A stretch of DNA of 64,000 bases from the human T2T-CHM13v2.0 reference genome, Homo sapiens, in NCBI RefSeq assembly GCF_009914755.1, contig NC_060936.1. One strand, written 5' to 3'. How positions within the stretch are numbered: the first letter of the stretch is position 1; each line of letters starts with the position of its first letter. The position numbers and the translations under genes were made by a program. The notes below the pieces were generated by a model, which was not told the origin of the DNA, made no database searches, and saw only the letters and a program-made list of their open reading frames with translations. This document shows positions 1 through 14,418 of this stretch, piece after piece.

Positions 1-309
1 TCTTTTCACTTATCTTTGTATTCATAAAACCAAATGCAGAATTCAAAATCAAATTGAAAATCAAATGCTTCCCACATATTTTGAAAAGTGTTTTAAGAGA
101 TTGAGCTGTTAGCTTTTAACAACTAGTTGGCCAGTTATTTGGATAGCTTCACTGACAAGAACTGAGATGTCAGGAGCATTCAATTCACCAATCTCTAGCT
201 ATGCTATGAATGGGTTATTTATAGAATTCCTTGCATCTCAGCAACTCAAGCGCCCTGATGTTGCACCCTTACAGCAACCCAGGGTAAAAAAAATCTGAAT
301 CTTTATCTT

Positions 310-425
310 TTTAAACCTTATACCACCCCTTTGAGGTAGGTAGATGACATATTGCCCCCATTTTGCAGATGAGGAAACTGAGGCACAGAGAGGTGAAGTG
401 ACTTGCCCAAGGTCACACAGTGGTG
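310..425 (-). mobile_element. MIR SINE in the 3' UTR
   Basis: Minus strand ctgtgtgaccttgggcaagtcacttcacctctctgtgcctcagtttcctcatctgcaaaatgggg...cctacctca closely matches the MIR core. Confidence 0.9.
332..339 (-). promoter_or_regulatory. let-7/miR-98 8mer seed site (CTACCTCA) inside a MIR
   Basis: TGAGGTAG on + strand. Confidence 0.65.
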
Positions 426-741
426 AGTCCATGACACAGCTGGCAGATGTTCATTTCTTCCATGAGAAAAAGAAACCAGGACTGCTAAAATTCCTAGCCT
501 TCTGCTTTTTCCATTCCACAGTTTCCTCTCTGGACTCGCCAGTCCAATTTGCATCAGTGGACTTTTGTGTCTGAAGTTCCTCTTGGAAGGCATAACTGGG
601 GGGACTTTGCCTTCTTTCCCAAATGGATGGTGTTTTCAGTACCCTTCCCCTTGTGTCATCTTTGGCTCCAGGCTTCCCCTATTGTTTTGCTTTCACGTAT
701 TACCGTTTTGGCCAGACTCTTTCATATAACAAACTACAAAA

Positions 742-749
742 TAGCACCA
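742..749 (-). promoter_or_regulatory. miR-29 8mer seed site (TGGTGCTA)
   Basis: TAGCACCA on + strand in AU-rich UTR context. Confidence 0.7.
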
Positions 750-1309
750 TTATACTAAAAAACAGAGTTTTACATACTGTTTGATATATCCTGTATAATT
801 GATATGCTAAATTTACATAGTGCTCTATATGGAAAAAATAAAAAGAGGAAAGTTACTAATTAGGTTGCACATTAACTCATCATTTGAAGGAACTCTTTTG
901 AGTTGAAGAAACTTTCTATGTTTAAAACATATGCCTAAAAATGATTGGCCTCAAAGTTGCAACTATTTGCATTATTCTTTTTTGTAAGCATGATGTGGAA
1001 AAATAAAGCTTTGTGTCTAAAATAAAATGCATCCAACTTATATTTGGTACAAATGCCACAGATGGAATCTTGTGGGTTAGAATTGGTGTGCTTCTTGACG
1101 ACTTGCTGCTGCTTTTGAGGAGGCCAAATTCGGCAAATATAAAGGTTATGAAGGGAGGTGGTGGGTATAGACTAACAAGATTATCAGACACTGTAAAACA
1201 AACAGCCCGAGTTGTGTAGAAAGAAGTGCAAATAAGGAAACAATTCATAAACCACTTAGACAAGGTTGCTGAATGAATGGCTCCAGCAGCCAAGATTCAG
1301 AGAGGAATT

Positions 1310-1317
1310 TAGTGCAA
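1310..1317 (-). promoter_or_regulatory. miR-130/301/454 8mer seed site (TTGCACTA); a 7mer also at 1225-1231
   Basis: TAGTGCAA on + strand. Confidence 0.55.
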
Positions 1318-1370
1318 CTGGATCTATACAACACCCATGCATTTGTGGCTCTTGAGAGGCAGGGACTAAG

Positions 1371-1397
1371 ATATATATATATATATATTTTTTTTTT
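1371..1397. repeat. (AT)9 joined to a T-run in the 3' UTR
   Basis: Direct reading. Confidence 0.9.
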
Positions 1398-1472
1398 CTT
1401 TTCTATAGAACATTATTGATAAAAGATCAACAGCAATCTACCAACTCCAGGACCATTTTTGCAAGGTGCAAA

Positions 1473-1636
1473 TCACTCCTAAAGACAATGTTGGAATGTT
1501 TACTTGTGTATTTCATTGGGGGAAACGCCCATCTTTTAAATGTTATCAAACTTATTTTTTGGTAGGTGTTCCAAAGTTTAACAGGTAACTCGTGCAGAGC
1601 AAAGGATCCTGCGGTGGCATGTCACTCTTCACTCCT
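1473..1636 (-). promoter_or_regulatory. Two miR-483-3p 8mer seed sites (AGGAGTGA)
   Basis: TCACTCCT at 1473-1480 and 1629-1636. Confidence 0.55.
1492..1499 (-). promoter_or_regulatory. miR-1/206 8mer seed site (ACATTCCA)
   Basis: TGGAATGT on + strand; IGF1 is an established miR-1 target. Confidence 0.8.
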
Positions 1637-1649
1637 CAGGAGGGTCTTC

Positions 1650-1709
1650 CTACATCCTGTAGTTCTTGTTTCCTGCACTCCCTCTACTTGCGTTCTTCAA
1701 ATGTACTTC
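1650..1709 (-). CDS. IGF1: IGF1 exon 6, Ea-peptide coding part (19 aa + TAG)
   Basis: Acceptor ctttttctcctttatttatag| at 1710. Reads EVHLKNASRGSAGNKNYRM*, including the N-A-S glycosylation sequon of IGF-1Ea. Confidence 0.98.
   Translation of the reverse strand, partial: EVHLKNASRGSAGNKNYRM
1684..1709 (-). CDS. IGF1: IGF1 exon 6 alternative frame (Ec/MGF C-terminus GSTFEERK*)
   Basis: After the 49-nt cassette: G|GA AGT ACA TTT GAA GAA CGC AAG TAG, with the stop at 1684-1686. Confidence 0.92.
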
Positions 1710-2249
1710 CTATAAATAAAGGAGAAAAAGTGACATTAACTTGATGAAGTTTTATGTATCCATCTATTTCTAACATTGGGCCTCAACCTTCCATGTCTTA
1801 CGCCTTACCAGTTGAGCTAATAGAGAGCTTGAACCTTGGTTTTCCTGAGAAGGGCATGTATAGGTGGACAGGCCCTTAGTACTTTTCCCAAACCTCACTC
1901 AGGCATCTTCTATGTACCCCTGGTGGCGTGAATACCACAGACAGCTTTATAATCACACAAAGATGAGATTTGATTCATCTGCTTCTATCACAGATTCATT
2001 GATTGAAAGGAGATCCTGAAAAATCCAGCCTTCTGGCCTCTAGATCCTTTCCTAGTAAGAAAAAAAATCAATCACATTCTGGATTCATCCTCTGTTGTTT
2101 TATTGCAGTTTGTTCTGTTTTAATTTTTGTAAAAAAGAGACATTTATTTTTCATTGTTTTTCTTGTTTTCCTCTAGAGCAAGGCAGAGTTTCAGAAATCG
2201 AAGATTAGGAAATCTTATAATTAATTTTGAGTCTGTAAAATCATAGACA

Positions 2250-2465
2250 TACTGGGCTGAGCTCAACTCGTAGCTTTTCTATTTTCTGGCTGTGTAAACT
2301 TGTATGAGTGGCAATCTCTTGTGTTTCCGTTTCTTCATCTATAAACTAGGGTAACAATAATATCTACCTTATAGGATCAAAGATTAAATAATTAATATAT
2401 ATAAAAGTACTTACAATAGACCTGGCACATGGTAAGCACTACATAAGTATTAGCCACTATTATCA
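2250..2465 (+). mobile_element. MIR
   Basis: tttccgtttcttcatctataaactagggtaacaataatatctaccttatagg...cctggcacatggtaagcact. Confidence 0.7.
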
Positions 2466-2603
2466 TTATTAAATCATTTTTCTCTTCTTAGTATTGTCAT
2501 CTTTATTGGAAAGTAACCATGCCAAGACTAAAAGTCCTGGGTTCCTAATTTGGTGTTAACGTTCACTCATCAACAAGCAATGATGTTATCTTAAGGATAG
2601 TGA

Positions 2604-2911
<308 letters not shown>

Positions 2912-3878
2912 TGGATATTGAGTTTTGCTTAGAATAGAAGCCCTGTGAGACCAGAGATGTATCTGTCTGTTTACTGTTATAGTCCCAGTGTCTAGAGCAG
3001 TGTGCAGGTTATTGCAGGTGCTCAATAAATATCTGTAAAATGAGTGAAATGAATGAATGAGTATGAGGGACCCCCTTGTGATGTGCAGAACTAAGTCATT
3101 ATATTATAATACTTTTCCTACAGTTATTACTTTATCCTTGAATGTATTTAAATTGCAAAGTATGTAGACAGGAGTTTTGAAATAAAATCAAGGAGGAACT
3201 GGCATTTATATGCATAAACCTGAGGTACTTCTTTTTTTGGTTTTATCTCTAGCCAGAGAGCCCTCTACAGAAGGATGTAATGGATAATTATTGGTATACA
3301 GTGAGGTTCATAACCAAAAACAAAAGTTCTCTCCATGAGACCTGGAATCTGTAAACTGTCTTCTGGCTAAGGTAATGAACACCCACACAGTTACAATATT
3401 GTGAGGAGCTAAAGCACATTTGAGATTACACAGACCTGAGACCTGGAGAAGGTGAGAGGTTTTAATATGAAGGCTGGGGAAAAAGATAAACTGCCACCCC
3501 TTGGGAATAATACCTATTGGCCAAGGCCCATAGGGATCGGCAGGTTTTCTTACACATGTTTTCCGGTTCTACTTGGAACATGAGAGTTATCACCAAGTCC
3601 TTCATGAAAGGTAGCTAGTGTTTTATGAGTCGATGGTCAACATCTTGTACTGACTGAGTAGAAGGAAGATGGCATCATTGTGTAAAAACATTCACTAAAA
3701 TAGCTCAGTGACCACTGCAAAAAGGAAAAAAAGATGGTAGAAAGAAACTGGGCATTTGTATAGAATAACTTGAAATGCCATTTGTTTTAAATTCTGGCAC
3801 TTTCCCTCAAATATCACAAAAGACCACTTAAGATACATTTGTTGTGGTGCAAAGCATCTACTGCTAAGTTCCCAGTAA

Positions 3879-4183
<305 letters not shown>

Positions 4184-4221
4184 TAAATGTGTGTTCTTAA
4201 TCTTCCATTGGGTTCTGCTTT

Positions 4222-4532
4222 CTTTCTTTCTTTCTTTCTTTCTTTTTTTTGAGTTGGAGTCTCACTCTGTCACCCAGGCTGGAGTGCAGTGGTGTGATCT
4301 AGGCTCACTGCAACCTTTGCCTCCCAGTTCAAGTGATTCTCCTGCCTCAGCCTCCCAAGTAGCTGGGATTACAGGCACGCGCCATCATGCCCAGCTAATT
4401 TTTTGTATTTTTAATAGAGATAGGGTTTCACCATGTTGGCCAGGCTGGTCTTGAACTCCTGACCTCAGGTGATCTGCCTGCCTCAGCCTCCTGAAGTGCT
4501 GGGATTACAGGCATGAGCCATCATGCCTGGCC
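4222..4532 (-). mobile_element. Alu (AluSx-like) with (CTTT)n tail
   Basis: Full Alu; TSD gttctgctttct on both sides. Confidence 0.93.
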
Positions 4533-5942
4533 GTGTTCTGCTTTCTTATAGGAGTTCTCTAGAAAAATGAGAGAAGGACACATGGGGCCACAGAATAGCA
4601 TCACTAATGTTCCCAAACTCCTTGAAATGTTTTTGTTCAATTCTCAATCAACACTGTTGATGGTCTGTAGCTGATCAAACCCGCAAAATAGATATTATTA
4701 AGGATGCCATCTCTCTGCCTAACTACTAACCAAATTAATTAACAGGCGGAGAAACACACTAATTTGAATTTTACCTTTTGTTTTTCTGTTTAAGAGGCAT
4801 ACCAGCTCAAAATAAGAAGTTCTTTAAACATCTGCAATGCCCAAACTAAGAAAATATTCAGGAATGAAATGGGAACAAATTAAAAGAAAGCCTCATAAAG
4901 CGTTTAATCTCCATTCTTCCTCTCAAGCCAAATTAATCCCAAATTTCTACAAGAAAACATTAAGATACCATCTATGCTTCACTCTTTAAATTAGCGGGGG
5001 GCTATAGCAAAAAGAATTGAGGTTAGATTGACCAACCACATACATCCTATTTTTTGTCTCCAATAGAGAGATTCTTTTTCTTTTCTCTCAAAGCACAAGG
5101 TATAAAGTGTAAAGTCTGAGCGGAGGGATTCCCTGGTCTGTTTCTTCTGGGTCTGTCTCAGCATCACAGCAAAGCCATGGGCTGAAACTCACTTGAGTGA
5201 AGCAGATGCTGTACCAAGTAGCATGATTCCCATGCACACACGTGCACGGTGGAGGCCATTCAAACCAGCTGGGATATCGTCTGGTTTGCATTTGGCTCTC
5301 TTCCCAGGCTGTCACATGTGACTTCTTTGTTGCAGACAATGACAGTGACAAAACAAAAGCACTCAGGGACTAGGTCTCAGTTGCATCTGTTGCTTTGCTC
5401 ATTGTCTTAACTTAATTACGCCAGCCACCCTTGACAATGGGCGGCAAGTGGAGGCATGTTAGAAGCAGCCGTCATCAGAGCTGGCACCCACCTTTGGTGC
5501 ACTTCTTGAAGAGTTATGAAACTGTCTCACATTCAGTCAAGCAAAAACTTTTCACTTCAGCAGCTTGTCCAATACAAACAAACCAGCTGAAACTGTTTCT
5601 AGTATGCAACTAGACAGATTTTTAAAAGGAAAACAGTAGTGAGTAAATACTGTTTCCTATTGACACCAACGAAGGTAAGACTATTAAGAAAACATTGATC
5701 CTCCAGCTCACTGGGGTTGGTTAAAGAAGTTTACCCTTTAGAAGGAAAGGTTAACAAACACATTAGGAAATAAGTTTGTGGAGGGTTTGATTTGTGATAT
5801 ATATGATTACCCATTATGGACAGACACGCATATTTAGGGTGCTAGAAAAGGCCCTGAAGAGGCCATTCACCTTCTCCCATTATCTCTTGGTTCTTATCCA
5901 AGCTCCAAGCTTTCCTTTGGAAAGCTATCCACAGACTTTTCA

Positions 5943-6256
<314 letters not shown>

Positions 6257-7629
6257 TCACTGAGGACTAATAACAATGGCAATAATAATAATCTTGCTTA
6301 ACATTTGCAAAGGCTTTACAGTTTACAAAATAATATCACTGAATCCTTACAATCACCACATGAGGTGATGCGGTGTTATTCCTGTCAGTCCCACGTACAA
6401 GCTGAAGCTCGCTAACATTTAGTAATGTGCTTGAGGTCACAGAGGAACAAACTGATAGACAAAGGGCTAAAATAATAACAGTTCCCATTACTTGAACATT
6501 TGTCATGTGCTGGGGATTGTAGTATGTATGTAAATTGCATATATTTTCTTGTTTCCTATACTTCTCTCAGGGATAAGTACTACTGTCTTGACTGTTTTAT
6601 CTTTAAGGAATCTGAAACTTAGGATAAACAACTTGCCTAATTTCTTATGATGGAGATGTAATAGTGGTTGGAATTTGGACCTATTCCTTCTGATTCTGGA
6701 GCTCACCAGTTAACCACTCTGCTAAACTGCCTCCCCAAGAGGTAAAAAATATCTAGTGCTTTCAAGTCCAAATCACTTTCCAATAGCAATAGTTGATAAT
6801 ATCATGAGCTGCCCATGCTTCCAGATGGGGGTAGATGCTAGTTTGGAGGGAAAGGCTGTGCCATGGGACAGAAGACTCAATGAGGAGGGTGAGTATTACC
6901 ACAAGCTGGGACCCATTTGTAATGGTATTTATAGAAGTCTAGGAGCACAGTATTCAATTAGCAAAAGCAAACTCCCTAGGTATTATAACCCCCTTTTTTT
7001 CCTCCCCACTTATCTTTATGAGATTTTGCCTGAGAGATAGAATCTAAAAGGATAAAAATAGGCTCTTTAAACTTCAGGGAGGAAGCAGTGATGTTTTCAA
7101 TAGACTATGTTTCCATCTCCACCCACTCCAAACAAGTTAAGTATTGTATGACATGAAGTCTAGGAAAAGCCTGGCACTCTATAAAAAATACTGGGAAAAT
7201 TCTGTCCAGCATGGAATATCAGCAGCTTATTGTACAGCATAAAGTACTAACTCAGCATTGACCTGCTCCCAAAAAGGGCAAAATGAGAAGAAAAGAGCAG
7301 TGGATGATTGGAAAGAGGGCTCAGATATCAGCCCTTTACCTGTTGAAAGGGATGTGCTATAGCAATTTTGCTGGCTTGGCCTGGGGACATGTGAAATGGT
7401 GGAGGATGATTTAGATGTCTCAGTATCAACTTTGATATCTCTTTACTTCAGGGAATCACAAGTTCAAATTCCAGGAGAGTTGGATCAGCCTTTCCTCTCT
7501 GGCAGCCAGGCAAAGCGAGGGTCATGCGATCTACTCAGCACTTTGGGATGTGACTTCAAAACCAAAGAACAAGGTGCACACTTTGAGAAACGTGTACTCC
7601 TTGTTTATGTGGCTGCTTCTTTAACAGAG

Positions 7630-8123
7630 TGAGGGATATGTACTTACTGGACACAGTTTTGGTTAGCCCAGCATCACGTTTTTTTCTGGAAACCTCACCC
7701 CACTTTTTATGTGGTTGTAGGAATTCCCCCACCCCCTGCCAGTACAACGGCTCTTCTTTGGCTCTAGTGGATTGGAACAGGGCAGGCCCCTCCCAAGAGC
7801 CAGTGACCAAGTATGGTGGGGACATTGAGGCAGACCTATTTCTGAGAAACACAGAAATTTGTTGGGCAACTGTATTGCCCAACTTTGGCTCAAAAACTCC
7901 ATGATGACTTTGCTGAACTTTCCTTAGACCATAGACCCACCAAAAATGTTTCCAACCAATCTACTCTCTCTCTCTCCTTCCCTTGGGGTTAGGCTTGCCT
8001 TGCAATCTGATGGCTTTGCCTATCCTCCCCTATTTCTGTTCACACATTAATTCCCCCTAATAAAACCCCTGCTCATTTAACACCTTCTCATCTTCTGTTT
8101 CTTGGAGGACCTCATCTTATGCA
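7630..8123 (+). mobile_element. Possible old ERVL LTR (LTR16/LTR33-like)
   Basis: Ends aataaaacccctgct...ttctgtttcttggaggacct...ca, resembling ERVL LTR 3' ends; highly diverged. Confidence 0.35.
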
Positions 8124-8749
8124 TCTGGTTTAAATCCTAGCTCTCCCACACAGTAGTCGTGTGACCTTTGATAATCACTACATTGTGCTGTCCTCAATTT
8201 CCTCTTCTGTAAAATGAAAGTGTGGGGTAAGAGCACCTACATCACAGTGGTGTTATAATTGGATGTAATAACCCTCAGTCATTTACCTGGCATGCGGTAT
8301 AGTTGTATGCAGGAGAGTCTACTGTTTAGAAAAACCTTGAACCTAATTGTTAGCACCATCAGTCTGTTCTGGCTTGTGTGCTGTAAGAGCCCTCTCTGGG
8401 TCTACATTTGCTCAAGCATTGATGTTCTGTAGAGTAAATTCTGCATGTTTGTCTCTCCACTAAAACATAAGTTCCTTGAGAGCAGGTAGCATATTTCCTT
8501 CACTTCTATATCCTCTCCAGATCCAAGCAAAGTGTTTGAGCAAAGTGGCAAACCAGGAAATGCTCATTTAATGGATGCGAATTTCCTGCAGGAATGATGG
8601 AATGGAGTTCAGGTCAACAGCAAATATTGCATGGCTGCTTACTTTCTTCCTGTGGTATTCTCTACAAGGACAAATAGCACAGAACCCCCTGCCATCTCAT
8701 ACAAGTGACAGATTGTATATGGTAAATATCAACTAAGAAATGCAGGAGA

Positions 8750-8990
8750 GAGTGCAGTGCTTGATTAGCACACTGTGGTCTATCTATCTCGGGTTTGGAT
8801 TCTGCTTGACCGCTTGTTAGCCCAAGACGTTGGCAAGACACTTAGCCATACTCAGCCTGAGTTTTCCTGTCTATACAATAGTGATAATTGTGGTACTCAC
8901 TCTGCAAGCTTCATGTGAAGATTAAATGAGGTGATTCCCTATAGCTCTTGCCACAGGGCAAGTACCTAATCAATATCAGCTATTATGATT
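8750..8990 (+). mobile_element. MIR
   Basis: cctgagttttcctgtctatacaatagtgataatt...tgtgaagattaaatgagg. Confidence 0.6.
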
Positions 8991-11510
8991 CTTTTTAATT
9001 TACTTTTTAATTGTTACTATTGTCAAAGCAGTTTGCATGCTAGAGTGCTGCCCTTTCTCTGGCTGAATGTGGGGAAACAGTAGCTAGCTCCTTGGTTTCC
9101 GGAGCTCCGTTGAGTGCTGGGAGAGTGGACTTACAGCTCTGTTTTCTAGTGACTGGGGCATCCCTAGGAATCCCCAGGAATCAGAGGACTTTATTCCAAG
9201 ATTATCTTGACTTAGCAACTTTCTTACTCTTTTATAGACTACCACCTGACTCTATTTCAAATATTTCTGCCTGTGATGTAAAAAATCTCTATCAAAATGG
9301 TTTAAAAGCCTGGGGAACAAAGAAAAAAAAATGCCAAGGGTAGTTTCCCTTGCTGACAAGAGGTGTTTATGTTGCCTTTAATAGTCATGAAGGATGTTGT
9401 AAAATACTTCAGGATCAGGGCTCCCCAGACTGTTGATTTTATGGGCAGCTTGTTTGCTTAGCTGTTTGTTTGTGTTACATTTTTAAATTTAAAAAATGTT
9501 TAAGCTTATTATCTTTCGCAGAGGGAGTTGATTTTGGAATTGCTGAAAGGTTCAAATGTGGTATTTTAAAAAGTGAAACACCAGATTCTAGCAATTTTGC
9601 TGCTATGTGCTAAAGATTCAGCACATTAGTACCTAAAAACTGGATTTGATTATTCTTTTTCTCTTAAGCCTCCAAAATGCCATTGTTTCATCTGACATAC
9701 AATTTATGCTAGAGTTACTTAAACTGGTGTATGCAGTAACTCCTATTGCAGTGTTCTTGGGAGATGTGAGGCCTAGGGTTTTTACCTTTTGGTGTCATTT
9801 CAATGCAATAGTGATGAGTTCACAGGGTTAGGAGGAAAGGGTGTTGCCCTCTTTCACTCATTCCTTGTGTGTGTGACAAATCTGGGCAGAACATTCAAAT
9901 GCTGTGTTCTGAATTTTCCTCCTCACTGAATTGAGAGAAATTTTGGAAGTTTGGAAGGCTCTCTTGAACTTTTAGGATGAACAAAATAACACTATGAGAA
10001 GTTAAATTGATTTGCCTCTGTTTGAGGTTGATGGGGGCCTTCAGCATATAAAAGTAAACATGCAGAATGCCAGCCAGTGCTATTCCAAGGCAGAGAATGG
10101 CTCAAGAACATTTTATGCATGCATACAGTTTTAAAAAAATCAGAATTGTGGCATTGTGCCAAAAGCACCTCTACCTTCATCCTAGTGTTCTTTTGAAGAA
10201 GAAAACATATTATTATTTATAAAGAGACAAATCAGAGCATTCAATAGTGACCTAGGTAAAACAATACTGACAAAATAACAGTAATTATACTATGCATTTA
10301 TTGATTCATTCATATTTTTCATTCCTTCTAGTCTTCCAGTGCCTCACAAGCTAGTCAAGCATGCCACATACTTACACCATGACATAAACATTGCACATCC
10401 CCAACTCTACAATTGTCGGCTGATTGAGAACCTTACTCAACCGTCAACCTGCCATGGTCTTGCTCCTAATTATTTGGAACTTTTGTCTTGCCATAATTGT
10501 GAACTAAAGCCGTGAAAATAGCACATATTTTCACAGATGGCAGGGCTAGTTGGTCCTTGATTACTTGACCTCTTGGTGCTGGCTAGACAGAAAGCCCCAA
10601 GTGAATGTTTATACATTGTACCCAGAATTTTGTAGAAACTTTAGCCATGGATCCCAGCTTGGAAGCTTGGACCATTTGGCCGGTTTGGGTTTGATGTAAA
10701 ATTTCTTGGTCTTTCACTGGGAACTTTCGAGTTATTTTATGAGACAAGAGCTGCCATCATACTCAGCTTTTCATAAATCTTGCTCTTAACATCTTATCTT
10801 CATATGGGCATTTTGACCATGTCAGTTAGAGAAGCCCAGGAGGACAAGGTAACCCATTGTCATCTTTTTTCCGGAGTGATCATAACAGATGCCTACTCAA
10901 ATAAATGAATGTTCCTTTATCTGACCCAATGGGCATGAAAGCATATGAGAAACTGAATAGAGGAAGTTAGAGGCTAATGGTTAAGAAATGGGAAAGTGGT
11001 AGAAGAGGCATTTGATGGGTTTTGCCTGTAATCCCAGTCCCTAATAGAAGTAAGGGCAGGGGATGATAGAAGGAAGATTGGCTGGATGCATTGACCTTTG
11101 GTTGTAATGGGTCAATAATTAGACCTAGAAATTTCTAAAATTGCAAATTGGTTCTATAGGAAAGTTACTGCAGTCTATAGACAGGGACCTAGAGAATCCT
11201 TCTCTGTATGTTAGATGGGAAATGGTAGAAGTCCCTGGATCCTCAAAAGATACAATAAAAAGAAAACCAACTTATTTCCACCCCTCCAATAATGTCCTCT
11301 CTATTTCCTGAATAATTTTTAATTTAGGATGAGAAACAGGCTTTTGAGAAGACAAAGGAATCCTGCAGTTTTTACTGAATGATGGTTAGTTTTTACAGAG
11401 GAATTTACCTTCACTGAAAGACAATCCAAGAAACTGTTCTCACCTATAATTTTGGAAAATAGTTCCCCCCAGCTCTGTAATGGGTGCAACAATGCTAGAA
11501 CACAAAGGTG

Positions 11511-11539
11511 CACACACACACACGCGCACACACACACAC
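11511..11539. repeat. (CA)n with a CGCG interruption
   Basis: Direct reading. Confidence 0.85.
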
Positions 11540-13199
11540 GAAGGAAGGGGAGAAACTAATCCCCTTCCCCTCAAAACTGTTTGGTGTAGTTTATTACAGA
11601 TTCTAAATTGCTGCCAAGGACATTTAGAATTAAAATCAGCTTGATGTACCTTTAGCATTCTTATTTCTAACCATCATACTTCCACTTTTTAAAAAGTTAG
11701 CTTCTTGACCAATGGTTCTTAAAACTATAATCATATTAGTTAAAAAAATAAAGATGGGAATTTCCAAAATGTTTTCTAGCTCCTGTTACTCATCTAACAA
11801 TAGGCAATGAAAGTTATAATTGAGTTCCTGGTATGATAAGAACTTTCTTAGGGGCTCTCTGGAAGAATCAGACATGGACTCATAAACCTCTTTTCCCATA
11901 GCTCTCATCATTTCCCTATTGTTCTCAATCTCCATTTCTCTCTTCTGGAATTTAAACATACGTTTATATTTTTAAATCATTTCTTTTGGACACTGGATGA
12001 AAATGGGATGGCACTAAAGGCATTAAGGAGTCCCATTAAAAAAGGACCTCCAAATATGTGGGCATCAGGGAAAAGTTCTGATTCCAGTTAGGCCTTTAGG
12101 GATGACAGAAAAGCTGATTTTCACCTTGCAGGTCTGGAAGTTTTGTGGACCTGGAGAATTTTTGCTAACCTCAGCTACTCCCTCTTTAAAAATTGACCTG
12201 TCTTGCTTAGGCCAAAGGAATCAGTAACTGGGCTTTAAGTATTGAGGTGAGCATACAAACTGGATATTTCAAAACTCATAAAAAGGGATTTGGATTCTGC
12301 TTCATCTAAAACTATTAATCTTTTCATTGCTCCTGAAGGCTTCCCCTTTAACTAGAGACTATCAATGTTGCCCTTGGATTAAAAGTCAACTCTGTGTTAT
12401 CTAGTGAATATTGCAAAAAAGCACTATTCTTTTCCTATGGGCAAATAAAAAGAATAGATCTCATCTTGCCCAGTGGATGTTAATGGACTTGAGAAATTGC
12501 AGAATTTATTACCTAAGAAAACAATGTTTCCCTTTAGTGGGAGGGAGGTCGTCAAGGGATGGAGGCGAGAGAAGGGGAATTGCTCTTTGGGAGCTCATTT
12601 CTTTGCCTCCTTTTCCACCCTTACATTCGAACAGTGCACACATTAGAAGCTGTGTGAGGTTTTGTTTGTTTTCAAGAGATGTTTGAAAAAAGATCAAATG
12701 CTTGTGAAAGGCACTGGATTGGCAGCCCAAGAAACTAAAGTGTCCCGGAAGCTGTGTGAGCCCAGAAATATCCTGCATTTCTATTTATTTTGGCAATTTT
12801 ACTTAAGACTACCAATAACTGGAGTTCATACTACAATTAAATTTTCCCCAGGCACCATGAAATGAAAGCACGTATTACACTTAATTTTAACTGGTTGAGA
12901 AAAATGGTGGTTTTCTGAAAGTTCATTATATGACCCGGAAACAGAAGCAATGGCTCTCACTTGGGAGAGCCAAGCTACCTATTTAAGTTGGAATTATTCA
13001 TAGAACCAGGGGTTCTCTGGGTTGGAATGGTTCTTAGGTCATTGAGTTCTCTTATCCTACCACATGCTTGAAACTCTACTACCACATCATGGAAAAGCGT
13101 TGGCAAGCTTGGGCTTGAAGTTTTTGGTGACACAAGACTGGCTTCTACTTCAGGAGACCAACTTCTTTTTCACATAGCTCCAATTTTCAGAGGTAAGTA

Positions 13200-13520
13200 A
13201 AATAATGTTAACTAAAACTTGAATAATGCTTACTAAGTGCTAGATACCATTTTAAGTGCTGTAATATGTGTCTCTGAATATACACCTCCCACTCCTTGCA
13301 CAGACACACACATGCACACACTACACTCACACACATACACACACACAATCTCAATAAACCCTCACAACAACTGAATAAGGTAGATTCAGTTGTTGCCCCT
13401 ATTTAACAGATGAGGAAACTGAGGCACACATAAGTTACATGATCTGCCCAAAGCCACAATGCAAGTAAGAGCCAAGATTTGAACCCAGGTAGTCTGAATC
13501 TACATTTTGTACTCTTAATG
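13200..13520 (-). mobile_element. MIR with internal (CA)-rich tract
   Basis: ctcacaacaac...acagatgaggaaactgaggcaca...ccaagatttgaacccagg. Confidence 0.75.
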
Positions 13521-13531
13521 ACTGTATTTTA

Positions 13532-13844
<313 letters not shown>

Positions 13845-14358
13845 TAAGGACTATATTTTAGCCTCTCCAATGCTTATAACTCTTGTTCATGCCTAGTACA
13901 GAGGTTTGCACATTGTAGATGCCCAATAACAAATACTTTTCACCAATTTTATTTCAGGATGATTATTCCATACATATTCCAATTAGTTTTACACACAATT
14001 ATCAATTTGCCCTAGGAAACAATTGAAGTTGAAACACTGGAATTTTAAATGATTATTAATATTCTGCTTACTTCAAAGAAACATTAAGGGGAGTAATAGG
14101 TGTATAATATTCACTATGAAATTCTTAGCCAGTTGCCACCTGTAGCAATAGGTCCTTGAACAATTTCAATTTGGCCAGCGAAGGAAATTCCAAACATACA
14201 ATACTTGTATAAGCATAGCTCCTATGCCTTTCCTTTTTTACTCTGTACTTGCCTCACTGTCTTGTGTAGGAGAATAGGAATCATTTCATCTCAGAAGTGC
14301 CACTTGTTTTTATGGTGTGTCTTTCTACCACTATTCATCAGCCTATGTTACTCATTTG

Positions 14359-14418
14359 TCCATCCAACCATCCATTCATCCATCCATCCATCCATCCATC
14401 CATCCATCCATCCATCCA
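14359..14418. repeat. (TCCA)n tetranucleotide
   Basis: Direct reading. Confidence 0.9.

Larger units (their letters stand above)
1..1649 (-). other. IGF1: IGF1 exon 6 3' UTR (continues beyond the window start)
   Basis: Follows the Ea stop; AU-rich with several miRNA seed matches. IGF1 is known to have a multi-kb exon 6 UTR with alternative poly(A) sites. Confidence 0.9.

Noticed and set aside
1887-1887. Context resembles a common IGF1 intronic C/G SNP studied for IGF-1 levels
   Set aside because: Identification is from memory only and cannot be verified without a database.
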